Part shown: positions 53,650 to 64,000 of the stretch, one piece after another
Layout: each line of letters starts with the position of its first letter
Position numbering within the stretch: position 1 is the first letter of the stretch
Origin: Eimeria praecox
Lineage: Eukaryota
Direction: 5' to 3'
NCBI GenBank assembly: GCA_963920595.1
Contig: OY986949.1
Coordinates: 2,852,001-2,916,000, forward strand
Length of the DNA: 64,000 nt
Position numbers and translations under genes: made by a program
The notes under the pieces: model-generated
The model's input: only the letters and a program-made list of their open reading frames with translations
What the model was told of the DNA's origin: nothing
Database searches by the model: none

Positions 53650-54136
53650 GAAGCCCGTTATATGCTCCTCAGAATTTGCCTCTTTCGAATTAAGAAGAGT
53701 GAGCTGCAGATCATCCTGCTCTGAGAGCTGTTACGGTCTGGCGAAGAGAGTGACAACGCAATGTATCCGTGACCGACAGTTCGTGCCTGTTGTTCTCTGA
53801 ATCAGAGTGTAGAGCAGTCGATGCTGAGCAACGTCGTAACACTCAGCTAAGCATTGCCACCCAACTGCACGAGGCCTGCCTGCAGAGAGGGTAGGGGAGC
53901 TGTAGCTGCACAGACACGGCTGCCTCTGCATGGTCGCAAAATGCTAAGGAACGCTGGGGGATGGACTTTGCAGTGTGCATAAATATGTAAGTGTGTTCCT
54001 CACTAGGACAATTTGGATGCACGAAAAACACAGAATCATGCTTGCTCGTGCGGTGACCCGTTCTCTTCGTGAAGAGCCCGCTGCTACAGGCGAACCCTTC
54101 GGCTAGAGCTTCTTCCTGCTCTCCAATCGTAGCCAC
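53650..54136 (-). mobile_element. Possible decayed retrotransposon integrase-core fragment
   Basis: HRTSKHDSVFFV...HTYIFMHTAKSI (ORF 53843-54136) and SYSSPTLSAGRPRAVGWQCLAECYDV (ORF 53731-53931) loosely track the integrase consensus GHDSIxVxVDxLSKxAHFxP and YHGxPxxxxSDRDPRFxSxxWxxL. Weak, by eye. Confidence 0.35.
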
Positions 54137-54626
54137 TTCCCCAGATAAAGTCCCAAACGTAAAGGGGAGAGGAGGTAGAGCATTGGCAGAAGACTAGTGT
54201 ACCGGTTATGTCAAGCTAGGCGCAGGGTGACTCCGGTAGGACAGGCGGCAGGTTGCGGATGGAGTGGCTTGTTGGTATTAAGGGCCTTATATTATATTTT
54301 GGAAGAAACCTTCGGATCTAAATCAAACTGATGTGATGAATGGTCTGCATGCACACGTATTGTATGGAAACACGGGCAGCTCCTGTTTGACTCCGCCCAG
54401 CAAGCAGGGAACGCGCTGGCTGCGGTCCCAAGCAAGCATCCCGTTGTCGATGACGTAAAAGATAACGCGCAAATTCTTTATTAAATGGCAGCGGAGATTT
54501 ATCTGTCACGCAGTTCCGCCTCAACTGTACACCTTTCACGGTGTCGTGCCTAAAAGGCCAGACAACTATGAAACGCTCCTTTCCCAGCATCAAACTCAAG
54601 GTATATGCACGGTTGAGCTAATTAAA

Positions 54627-56809
54627 ATGGCTGCAAAGGGCGGGAACGATGATGACCATAATTATGAACTCGAAAATGAAGTGATCAGGAGGCGTATACA
54701 AACCTTGGACAAACTCATTGGTAAGCTCATCTTTGGGATTAGGATTTACACGCTACGGCTTGCAGTTTGGGCTTTAGGGCTGAGGGCTTCCCGCTGCTGC
54801 GTCAGCGAAGAAAGGCTTGAAGTGCCGAAATAAGCGTTGTTAGGCTAGACTGGCTTCGCAAGGCGGTATAGAGAAGAGATGCTCGCTTTTATTATTCCCC
54901 TGCTCCTCACTAAGTTGACGGCACTGCGAAACTGCAAACGAGCCCGGTTTACTGGGAGTTCTTTAATTATTTAACGTTCGCTCTTTACGTTTTCGGGTTA
55001 CATGCATCCGTCGTAGTCTAGGTGGTTAGGATACGCGGCTCTCACCCGCGCGACCCGGGTTCAAGTCCCGGCGACGGAATGGGCTCTTTTGCTGCCTCCA
55101 TTTGGAAGGCAAAGCTTTTTCTGAAGTCCCATCTGCGTAGCTTTCGAGAAACGCTTTTATTGGATTGTTCTTATATCGTGTGAGATGCCTATATACTGCC
55201 TGCTGAGATATTCTACGTTGCGAGCATTGTTCGCTTTCAACTCTAGCAGATGTTTCTCTGTATGCCAATCAGTTCAATACCCGTAACTCTTTGTTTTTCA
55301 CTCCTCTTTTCCCCTCCTGTGTGGCACTGCACTTCCCCAGGCCTTGACATCAAACACGACACTAAGGCGCTGGTAGCCCGTTTCAGCCCATTTGAAGCCC
55401 TTTGAATTTGTGTTTCCTGTAGCATGTAGCATATATGGCTTGCGTTGTTCACTGCATGCTACTGGCATCGTAAGCAGCTTCTGGGAAAGCGAGAGAACCT
55501 TTGAGGCATGGAGTGCAAAAGCCAGGGAACACAAACGGAGGTCAGGTGGACATTCGCTGTAGAATGGGAGTGATTAAGAACGAACTGCTGTTTTTTGCAC
55601 TAACAAGGAGTAATCAAAAAGAAAATGGAATCAGATTCTATTGTAGAGTCACTAACTTCTTGTCAAGGCATTCCCATCCCAAACACGAGAAAAAACCAAC
55701 TGTAGCATTTGGAGAACAAACCGATCTGAATTCGAAAAACAAAAAGGGATGAGGTTTTAAGATTAAAGACTTTCTTTCAAATGTTTGGGGTTACCAGCTG
55801 TAATGTTAATAGTCAAGGCGCCATCGCTCACGCGTACAGAAAAGTTGTACTTCACCCAGGCGCCAGTTCAGCGTAAACCTCCAGCTAGGAAGTAGCTGGT
55901 TGCCTTTCGGGTGTTCACGGCTGGCGCGCAGAGATGGAAGAGGACCGCCTAGAAAAGAGCGAACGGGCCTCTGCGGAGCTGAAAATACAAATTGAAGCGT
56001 TAAGTGAAGGCTTTAATGAGCAAGACAGGCTTCTCTTCACAAACGTCGGTGCCCTCAGCCTCAGGAACGAAGAAGCAAAAGCTCATTACCAGCAGCTTAT
56101 CCAAAGCCTCCAGAAGCAGCTGCAGGCAGCAGAAAGAGATGTCGGTAGGTGCCTTACACGCCCATGAGGTGGAAAACTTCTAACCAGCTCGATGCAGTAC
56201 TCGCTGGCTAGCATTAGCTAAACTTTGAGCATGCTACATAGTGTGTTGTGGCTAGCCACGGATGTAAGCCAACAAGTAGTGCCTGTCCCTAGCTGTCCGG
56301 CTTTGACATGGGGCGTTTGGGGTGCACGCACAGCTGTGGCTGAGAAAGACGTGGCGACAACACGCTGCTTGAAGGAAAAGGAACTACAAAGCGCCAAAGA
56401 GGCGCTCCAGCAGCTGGAAGGAGAGCTCGAGAAAATGACATTTCACTTCGCCGAACTTCTTAACGTGCCCCAAGCCCTACAGCTTGAGCCCCTAGTTCCA
56501 AAGCCTAGAATCTAACCTCTTGTGACTATCCCCCAGGGAACAGGATATGGCAGCTACAATCATCAGTAGCGTTGTTTGCTTGTGTATTCTGCTTTTGTCC
56601 TTCTACGTTTGCAGCTAGAGAGTGTGTCTGAGTTTTTTTTTGTGAGGGTTTGCATACAGGACACTGCGGAAAAGTTGGCGGAGAGAATTTCCATGTCCCA
56701 GGGAAGTTGGGCAGCTGAGCAGAAGCGGACACCTCTGGAGATGCGAATGAAACAGGAGAGCCCCGGGGTGCTTGGAACTGCATTAGAGCTGCCTGGAGAA
56801 GCAGGTTAG
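54627..56809 (+). CDS. Coiled-coil protein resembling DRC12/CCDC153 (flagellar dynein regulatory complex), 4 exons
   Basis: Exons 54627-54720, 55932-56144, 56334-56464, 56660-56809 are phase-consistent: MAAKGG...IQTLDKLIEMEEDRLEKSERASAELKIQIEAL...EKELQSAKEALQQLEGELEKMTFHFAELLNDTAEKLAERI. The last segment resembles the DRC12 MxxEFxxMLxxTLxK pattern. Family call tentative. Confidence 0.6.
55007..55079 (+). tRNA. tRNA-Glu(CTC)
   Basis: Acceptor stem TCCGTCG/CGACGGA, D-loop GGTGG, anticodon arm CGCGG-CT-CTC-AC-CCGCG, T-arm CCGGG-TTCAAGT-CCCGG. TTTT follows at 55087-55090. Confidence 0.97.
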
Positions 56810-58124
56810 GGCCCCTGACGTTGCCTTAATTTGGTATGTTTCATTCTCAGTGCTGATGAGGGGGTCCGTTTGCATTGGTCTGTGCTCTGATCTTGTGTAC
56901 ATTTCTGTTTCGGCACTTATCCCTCTCATCCTGCGCCAGTGGGTCTGCGTCGTTGCCTTAACTCCTGTGTCTCTGCCTTCTGTACGGCCCCTACCAGTTC
57001 CCTTAGGTGAAAGTTAAACTCTTTTGAACTGCTGGAATGTTGGAGATTCAATGCTCCGGTGCTGGTTGAGCTGTGGGCAGAAAACCAAAGAAGGGAAGAC
57101 TAAAGGGCGCTCCAGACAGAATATACCTACCTACGCAGTCGAGACTTTTGAAGGTCTACTGCACTGATGAGCTGCACCAGGGAGAACAACCTCTTTGCCA
57201 TGGGATCTGTGCATTGAAGGGACTGTTAACTAATCCTAGCAATGTCCAAAGACTGCAATGCACTCAGCAAAAACAGAGACACTCCACGCCGGCTTTACAG
57301 TGGAATCCGCGACGGTCACGGGGAGCTCTGTCGTCCACTGCTCACCCACTCTCATTGGTGAGGAGAGGCTGTGGATGCATGACACAAAACCCTGGACTAC
57401 AAATTGGGAAACAAATTGGAAAACAATTTGCTGTCTTCGCAGCAGCCGAAACCCGGCAGGCGGGATAGGCAGCTACTCTTTCTATCCTGCCTAGCTAACG
57501 ATCCTCTTTTACTCCCTTAAGCCGGTAAAAGCTGAGCTCCTTTCTAATATACTATTGGGCCCACCAGACTGAGCGAGAACGGGTTGTGAGATGCATTGGG
57601 TGTAGCAGTGCAGCAGCAGCTCGCTGGCAACCACGCTCTTCTCCGCTTGTTTCTGGCTGAAATACTCTACGGATCGCCTAAACTAAAAGTGACTTTAAAT
57701 ATATAATACATTTATAGCATAGACCAGGGCTCATGTCTGAGGTTTAGGGCATGGGGAGGGTGACAGCGCCTGGCGAGGTCGGACAGGCGGCAATGCTGTT
57801 TAGGCCAGACGAACAGCCGAGGCTCCGTGGTTCCCTAATAGCTTGCCACATACCCTGGGATTAATCTGTTTCTTTTGTTTACTGAAACTGAAGTAGAATA
57901 AATGCACCAAACGGGCACAGAAATAGTGGAAGCAGCAGCAACAGCAGCACGAACGGTAGCAGCAGCAGGCGGCCGCAGTGGTCCGGTGCTGGCGGCCTCC
58001 GCGCGGCCGGAGTAGTAGCACTGAGTGTTCGTTATTTTTCGTATCTATTTGTCTGGCATTGATTGCATATTCTTCTATCGTTTGAAACCCCTACATAAGT
58101 AGTGTCAGAATCGCATTGTCTACA

Positions 58125-58984
58125 ATGTCAGCAGCGGCAGCAGCTGCAGCAGCAGCAGCAAACCACGGGTCGGTGGAAGGGTCTCCCGGTGGTGGAGCCT
58201 CTGCGGCTGGGCGCGACGGCTATCCGCCTTCCTCGGGAGCAGGGGAGGGACCCCAGATTCAACAGCAGCCTTATCCCTTTGTGCTGCAGCAGCAGCTGGC
58301 GGCGCAGGGTATAGCTCACGGCTACCCGGGCATGCTGGACGGGGGGGCCCCAGTAGACCCAACACAGGCTCAGGTCGCGGCCTTCGCCAACCAGGCTGCC
58401 ATGTACGGGCCCTATGGGTCTCCGTACGCCCTCAACATCCCTGCTCCTCCAGCAGGAGGCCCGTACTACCCCGTGAGTCTGCAAAACACATACTCGCGCG
58501 GCGCAGATGTCTTGCGTCTACACACCATTATAGCACGAGTAGCACCAGGATGAGGCGAGTGCCCCACAATCCATAGAGTTCTTCGTAAGAGCTGCCTGTA
58601 CCTGCAGAGGGGGGAGGGGGGGCCTTTCCAGATTCCTCTAACGGCTGAGCTGTGCTGTTTAGGGTAAAGTGTAACGGCAGGCACTGGAGATATTGCTGTT
58701 GCTTTGTCTTTCTAAATTCAGAGCAGCAGTATTTGGTTGTTCTGCGAGGCATGCTGTGTGGGTTTGCTTGTTTGCTTTTCTGCCGCGTTCAGGGTTTGGG
58801 TCCGCATATCCCCTACGCTGCCACAGAGGCCTTCACCCTCCCAGGCCCTTCCTACTATGACCCCTATGGAATGCTCAACCCTGCTGCGTGCGTTGCTCCT
58901 GTACCCGCCCCGGAAAACCGTGAAGTGGAACAGCCCAAGCACCTCCGCCGCAAGGCCAACAAAAAGTGGTTTGGGTGCTGCTAA
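58125..58984 (+). CDS. Small Pro/Tyr/Gly-rich protein with polybasic-GCC C-terminus, 2 exons
   Basis: Exons 58125-58472 and 58793-58984 (GT-AG, phase 0). Ends KHLRRKANKKWFGCC*. Confidence 0.75.
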
Positions 58985-59248
58985 AACCTAAAATTCAATT
59001 TCAACACCGAGCCACTTAATATCGCACTCTTTAATCGAGAAAGTATTAAAGGCAGCTTTGTAAACCCTAAAGTCTCAGACCCCAGCCCTAGGCCGGCCTT
59101 TCGTTGGTGGGAGAGAAAGGGTTTAAAGTTGGCTCGAAGGCCATTCACCCCCCATGGGCTTCAAAGTTGCTCACTTTGAGACCCTCTCCAGTCCGGCCCC
59201 CCTAACCCTCCCCTCAAGCGAGCTTCTAGCTGCTAGCTAGCTAGCTAG

Positions 59249-62200
59249 CTAGCTACTAGACGTGGCAACAGGCTGGACTTGAGAGGCATGCAGCGCGTGA
59301 CGGGCTTCGAAGAAAGCCGCGATGATGGCGTGCAGCTGCAGACAAAATTTTTATCGTTTAATTTAGGATTTATCGGCTTGACCTCCATCAGCGTTCTAGG
59401 CTTTGCCAGTGCCAAGGCTGAGGGATCTGTTCGTATTTGAAGTTTAGCAAGGGCCTGAGGATTGGTCACCGTTTAGTTATCAGCTAGGGTGCAAATTTTC
59501 GCTAGTGTTTAGGTTTCAGTTACGCAGAACAACAAACCCTCAAATTTGCTGGGGTTTACCGTGAAGAGAAGGTCGAGCATCTGCGTACCTGCACGAAGTC
59601 ACCAGAGCCTAAGGCGAGTCTCTCCCTGCGCAGCGACAAAAACCCGGAAGCACACATGACGGCTTAGGATTTAAAACGGTAATTAGGGTTCCGGCAATGC
59701 AACAGCTACAGCCTATCTACAGGACAGGTCTGAACCGTCATGCAGTTCTAGTGTGCATATTATTTTAGAGAAGGACTCGGGCGTGCTCCTACCCTAAACC
59801 TCAAGTGCTCAAGCCTCGCTGCAACCCCAAGAGCAAGCTTAAACCCTAGCAGCTCACTCAATATCGGCGAGGCGGATCACGAGGGTCAACGCCACGGGAA
59901 CAGGAAGCTTCATACTCTGCATCTGATTGTGCAGCGCTGCGACAGAAACCCAAATCCTTAACCTTAACCCCTACGACTTACAACTGAGCCTCCTAAACCT
60001 TCAGTTTCCTCACGTGCGCCAACAAGCATGAAACGCCAAAAGGTGTTTAACGGCGAAGAGCGGTGGCACCAAAACACCGCATTATACAGCAGAGCCCGCC
60101 TCCCTGATTCTGGTCGTTCTAAGGGCTTGGCTTCTAGAGGGTATGAGGGCATTTCTGAGGAGGCAAGATCCTAAAGCCCCCATCGACCCACCTCCAACCC
60201 AATCCCGCACGGAATAACCTCTCCTAGTTACCAGATTGTGAAACTCTGCATACAGGCAATTGCCGAACCCCACACTGGGTACCAGTTCCATTTAGAGCCA
60301 TATTTTGTGGTTGCACCAACGGGCAGGCGCCCTAGGGCTGAATACTCTAAACCCTAGGCAGCACTGAATGGTCGAACGCAATGCGACAAACCCCGATGCT
60401 ACGAGGGGAGCTGCACCTCTGTGGCTCGAGGCATAAGAATCAGGACAAGGGTTTATAGGGCACAACTGCCTCAGGGTTTAGGGTATACCTGAAGAGCACG
60501 TGCGTAAGTCCTTCTCTAAGAGAATTTGCACAATGGACTTCACTTCACTTGGCTGAGGCAACCCGAGCACACGGTGCACCAACTCGCCGTCAACAGGCTC
60601 CCCCGGGTGAGCCATGCTGGCTGCCTGCGCAAGCACTAAACCAGAAGCCCTAAACCTTAAACCCTAAAGCCTTATTACCCTGTCGAATCGTTTTAGCAAT
60701 ACTCAGAAACGCATCCTAAACCCACCTGCATGCAGTTGAGTAGTCGGCGCATGTCTCCCCTAGCTGTAAAGGAAACACGGCAATTCTAAGCCCCAAGTCC
60801 TAAGTTCCAAGCCCGCCGCCCCAAGCTATATTTCTTAACATAATTTTATGCCTGCCCTTCGCTTACAACGCTCCACCCATGCCTTGTTTAAGGCTTACCA
60901 ATTCGCAAAAGAGCCTCATAGCCGTCTTCTGTGACAGTCATCCTGCAAGAACGCAAACCCTGAACTCCAAACCCTAGACACTAGGCACTAGACCCTAAGC
61001 CCTAAAGCGCGGTACACAAAACTAGCTGCGGTCATGTATAGGGCCTAATAACGTTTTTGCAGATGCACCTTTCCAGCTTCGCAGCTTCTTCAGCCTTCCG
61101 TCTCAGCTGAAGCAAAGCCCAAAACCTTATCCCTAAGCCTTAAACCCTAATTCCCAAAGCTTCCCACAGAGCACCAACGGCAGCGCAAAGGGCACACTGC
61201 AGCACATCGGTGCAAGCTTCCAGGTCGTCCCCAAAACCGCAACCCTAAACCCATATCTCACCGCCTCGGGCTTGAGGGGAGTGAAGCGCATGCTGCGCAC
61301 AGAGGACACAGTCCGGACTAGCGTTTGCAGCAAAGTACAGCAACAACTGCAGCAAGAGCAGCAGCGAAGGCTGCAACAGGGCATTACCTCGTGCATCTCG
61401 ACTGAATCGCGGGAGTTATTTTGTTGACGAAGTTGCATATCAGACAAAATCGCACATTGCGCGCATAAGTTTCCATGACTGCAGCACACAAATCCCCAAT
61501 ACTACACCCTAAGAACTCAACAGTGGACAGTAATCCATGAGCTGTGTCAAGGATTGTTAGCTTCAAGCAATCGAATAAGTTCCTAAGAAGGATCCCATCA
61601 AGAGCAGCAGGGATAGCATAGCAACAACAGCACAGAATCAGCAGCAGCAGAAACTGGCAAAGGCAAAGCAACGGTAGCAGGGACAGACTTCTTCTGAGCG
61701 CATTTTGAGCTGCGGAGGTCATCTGATCTGCTTCGTCCAGTATAATCAGCTTGAGCTTGGCGGGCCCGGAGGGAGCAGCGCTCGATCTGCGTACACCCCA
61801 ACCCCTACGCACTAAAACCTAAACACGAAGGCGACCCCCAAAATAGAGCCCCGGCATGCACAGCAATATTTTCAGTCTATGCGTTGTTCTTGCACTCAGG
61901 GTTTCGGGCTCCTCCCCGCCTCCTTAGCACAGTTGGTAGTGCGTTTGATTCGTAATCAAAAGGTCGTGGGTTCGATTCCCACAGGTGGCTTTTTCTATGT
62001 GCACTGCCACATTTGCGCTTTATACGGGCCCAAGACGCACAGCGAAAAAGAAGCGGAGGTCGTCTCTGCGAAAGTTTTCACTAACTCTCTCACAGACCCA
62101 ATTCCTCTGTCGTCCGATGCATTTAACTGCAAGCGCAGCAGAATAATTGGCAGTAGCCGCAGAAACGGGGACTAGAGCGAAAGTATCAGCGGCAAACGCG

Positions 62201-63139
62201 TCCACACCTAGGCTCTTATCCCGGCCCCTCGTCCTAGTCAGAGTTTAGCGTTTACCTCCAGGACATGCGAGGCCTGCAGCGAGCCGTAGAGTTGCCTAGC
62301 CACGGCTAAAATGGTAGAAGTCTTGCCAGTGCCTGAGTACAAATTCTCAGTTATGAGTCCCAAACCCTAAACCCTAAGCCCGTGTCGCACATTCCTACAC
62401 CGTAAGCCCTACCCCTGAAAACTTTCAACTAAATTCTCGATTTCTGGAATCTCGACGAGAGCTTTGGTGGCTGACACCGCGTACACGAAATCAAAGATCG
62501 CATACACGAAAGAATTCATCTAAACCCCAAGCTGTAGGGTGTTGATGCCAAACCCTAAACCCTTAACACGAGGCTGACTCACCGGGAGGGCCATGGAAGA
62601 GGAGATGGGGCAGCTGCCCTTTGTCGACGTACCGACGAACTGTGCACCCAAATCGGAAACCCATAACCCTAAACTATAAGCCCTAAACCCTGCATACACC
62701 GTTGAGACTTAACTCCAGCTGGCGGCTTCCGTGTAGCAGGGCGTATAGCTAGGGAAGGAGGTTTAGGGCTCTGGGATGCACAGCCCTTCGACTCTACGGT
62801 TTGGGAAGACTTGCTGGTTTGAATGATGTCATCATGCGAAAGAATATCATTGAGAGTCTTTGGGCGATATCGTTCCACCTGCACACCAAAAACCACGAAC
62901 CCGTAAGCCGAAGCATTAAGCCCCTGGCTTTTGAGCACCTCCAGCCCTGTTGTGTGCATGCAGGCACCTGCATTTCCTCAGCTATGCAGGCATCGTTGGG
63001 GTTTGTTAATATGAAGGCTTTTGCTAGGGGTTTGTCCCAAGGGTTTAGGGCGTGGAGGTACCCATGGGAGGTCCCCGTCCTCAGCTGAGGCAACAGAAGC
63101 GCCGCCTGCAGCCGCCTGTGGATTTCTGTTTTCATCCAT
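59249..63139 (-). CDS. RFC5: Replication factor C small subunit (human RFC5 / yeast Rfc3 type), many short exons
   Basis: LPW|VERYRPKTLNDILSHDDIIQT|IRRYVDKGQLPHLLFHGPPG|TGKTSTILAVARQLYG|LNASDDRGI|KLIILDEADQMTSAAQNALRR|VMETYARNVRFCLICNFVNKITPAIQSRCT|...GDMRRLLNCMQ|...RLADIE|ERLALG...|LHAIIAAFFEAR, ending at TAG 59249. Confidence 0.93.
61918..61990 (+). tRNA. tRNA-Thr(CGT)
   Basis: Acceptor stem GCCTCCT/AGGTGGC (U4:U69 mismatch), D-arm GCAC...GTGC, anticodon arm TTTGA-TT-CGT-AA-TCAAA, T-arm GTGGG-TTCGATT-CCCAC. TTTTT follows directly. Confidence 0.96.
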
Positions 63140-63438
63140 TTTCGATGTTCCAGTAGCTGCCGCTGCTGCGTTGACTGCTGTTCTGCGTAGTTCTGCTGCT
63201 GCTCCTGCTGCCGTCGCTGCTGCCGCCACTGAAGATCCTTCACCAGCGGACTGTTGGCAAGGCGCAAGCTGCAATGCTACAACACTAACAATTTCAGCGG
63301 CAGAATCTGCTGAAGCTTGTCTCTGCACCTTCAGGACTGAGGCGTTCGTAAGTTTCCTGCTTGTGTCGGCAGCGGCAGCAGCAGCAGCAACAGCGGCGGC
63401 GCTGGCGGAGTTGTTGCAGCATGCAGCAACAAGTACTT

Positions 63439-64000
63439 CTACGATGATCCCGTGAAGCAAAATATAGCATGAATAACAGGCAAAGACTGAGCAGCTGCCG
63501 CTTGTGGCTGCTGGATCGGACGGTGAATCGAGGGTTGCTCCAGGTGGTGGGGAGGGGTTGGGGGCCCCGGGGCCCCACGGCCAGCAGCAACTGCTGCAAC
63601 GGCTTCTTCAACTGCTGCCGCTGCTGCCCTGCGCCAGGCCCTACAGCACCCGTAGGTAGGTGTCCTATCGTAAATTTCCTTCATAACTGGTAGCATTTGA
63701 GATGATAGCACTGGCAGCAACGTGCTGGTGTTGCTGCCTTCCACCGCTCCTGCGGCTAACTCAGCAGCGACAACAGTAGCTTCGCGGGTTGCCCGGATCA
63801 GCAGCTGTGAGTACAATCCCTGTAGTGTCTTGCCTCCTTCTGTGCTTTCTTTGAAACTACTGCCTCTTCTGAAACACAAAGGTTGGACCGGCCTCATACT
63901 GCCGCCGCCGTTGCTGGTGCTGCAGCGGCGGCAGCGGAAGCTGAAGTCACCTCGGCAGTAGCCGGCATCGTACAGAAGAAACAGCAGCAACTGCAGCCGC
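63439..64000 (-). CDS. Possible 3' coding part of a gene extending beyond the window
   Basis: ORF 63439-63990 with protein-like text (GLYSQLLIRATREATVVAAEL; QMLPVMKEIYDRTPTYG) running toward the window edge. No family recognised. Confidence 0.35.
   Translation of the reverse strand, partial: RLQLLLFLLYDAGYCRGDFSFRCRRCSTSNGGGSMRPVQPLCFRRGSSFKESTEGGKTLQGLYSQLLIRATREATVVAAELAAGAVEGSNTSTLLPVLSSQMLPVMKEIYDRTPTYGCCRAWRRAAAAAVEEAVAAVAAGRGAPGPPTPPHHLEQPSIHRPIQQPQAAAAQSLPVIHAIFCFTGSS

Noticed and set aside
61921..61986. U4:U69 acceptor-stem mismatch as a sign of a tRNA pseudogene
   Set aside because: All other arms are intact, and the same mismatch occurs in functional eukaryotic tRNA-Thr such as yeast Thr(UGU).

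Overview
Eukaryotic genomic DNA with the hallmarks of a coccidian apicomplexan, most likely Eimeria: dense CAG/GCA trinucleotide repeats, interstitial telomere-like (AAACCCT)n, TGCATGCA arrays, and repeat-rich gene blocks alternating with repeat-poor blocks. Genes reconstructed by eye from splice sites and protein motifs: a partial Gln-rich coiled-coil ORF, SAR1 (7 exons), an ODR-4-like protein, a LAG1/TLC ceramide synthase, a 12-exon gene that appears to join an eIF2A WD40 domain through a long polyQ linker to a GYF domain, oligoribonuclease (Orn/REXO2) convergent with RRP6, a single-TM hypothetical protein, a CDF zinc transporter, a DRC12/CCDC153-like coiled-coil gene with an intronic tRNA-Glu(CTC), a small Pro/Tyr/Gly-rich protein ending in a basic-GCC tail, and an RFC small subunit (RFC5/ScRfc3 type) with an antisense intronic tRNA-Thr(CGT). 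At least four heavily decayed Ty3/gypsy-type LTR retrotransposon relics lie in the repeat-poor stretches. The best candidates for something new are the eIF2A-polyQ-GYF fusion and SAR1 introns whose two ends carry complementary telomere-like repeats that could pair and bridge the splice sites. All calls are manual, without database searches or RNA data.
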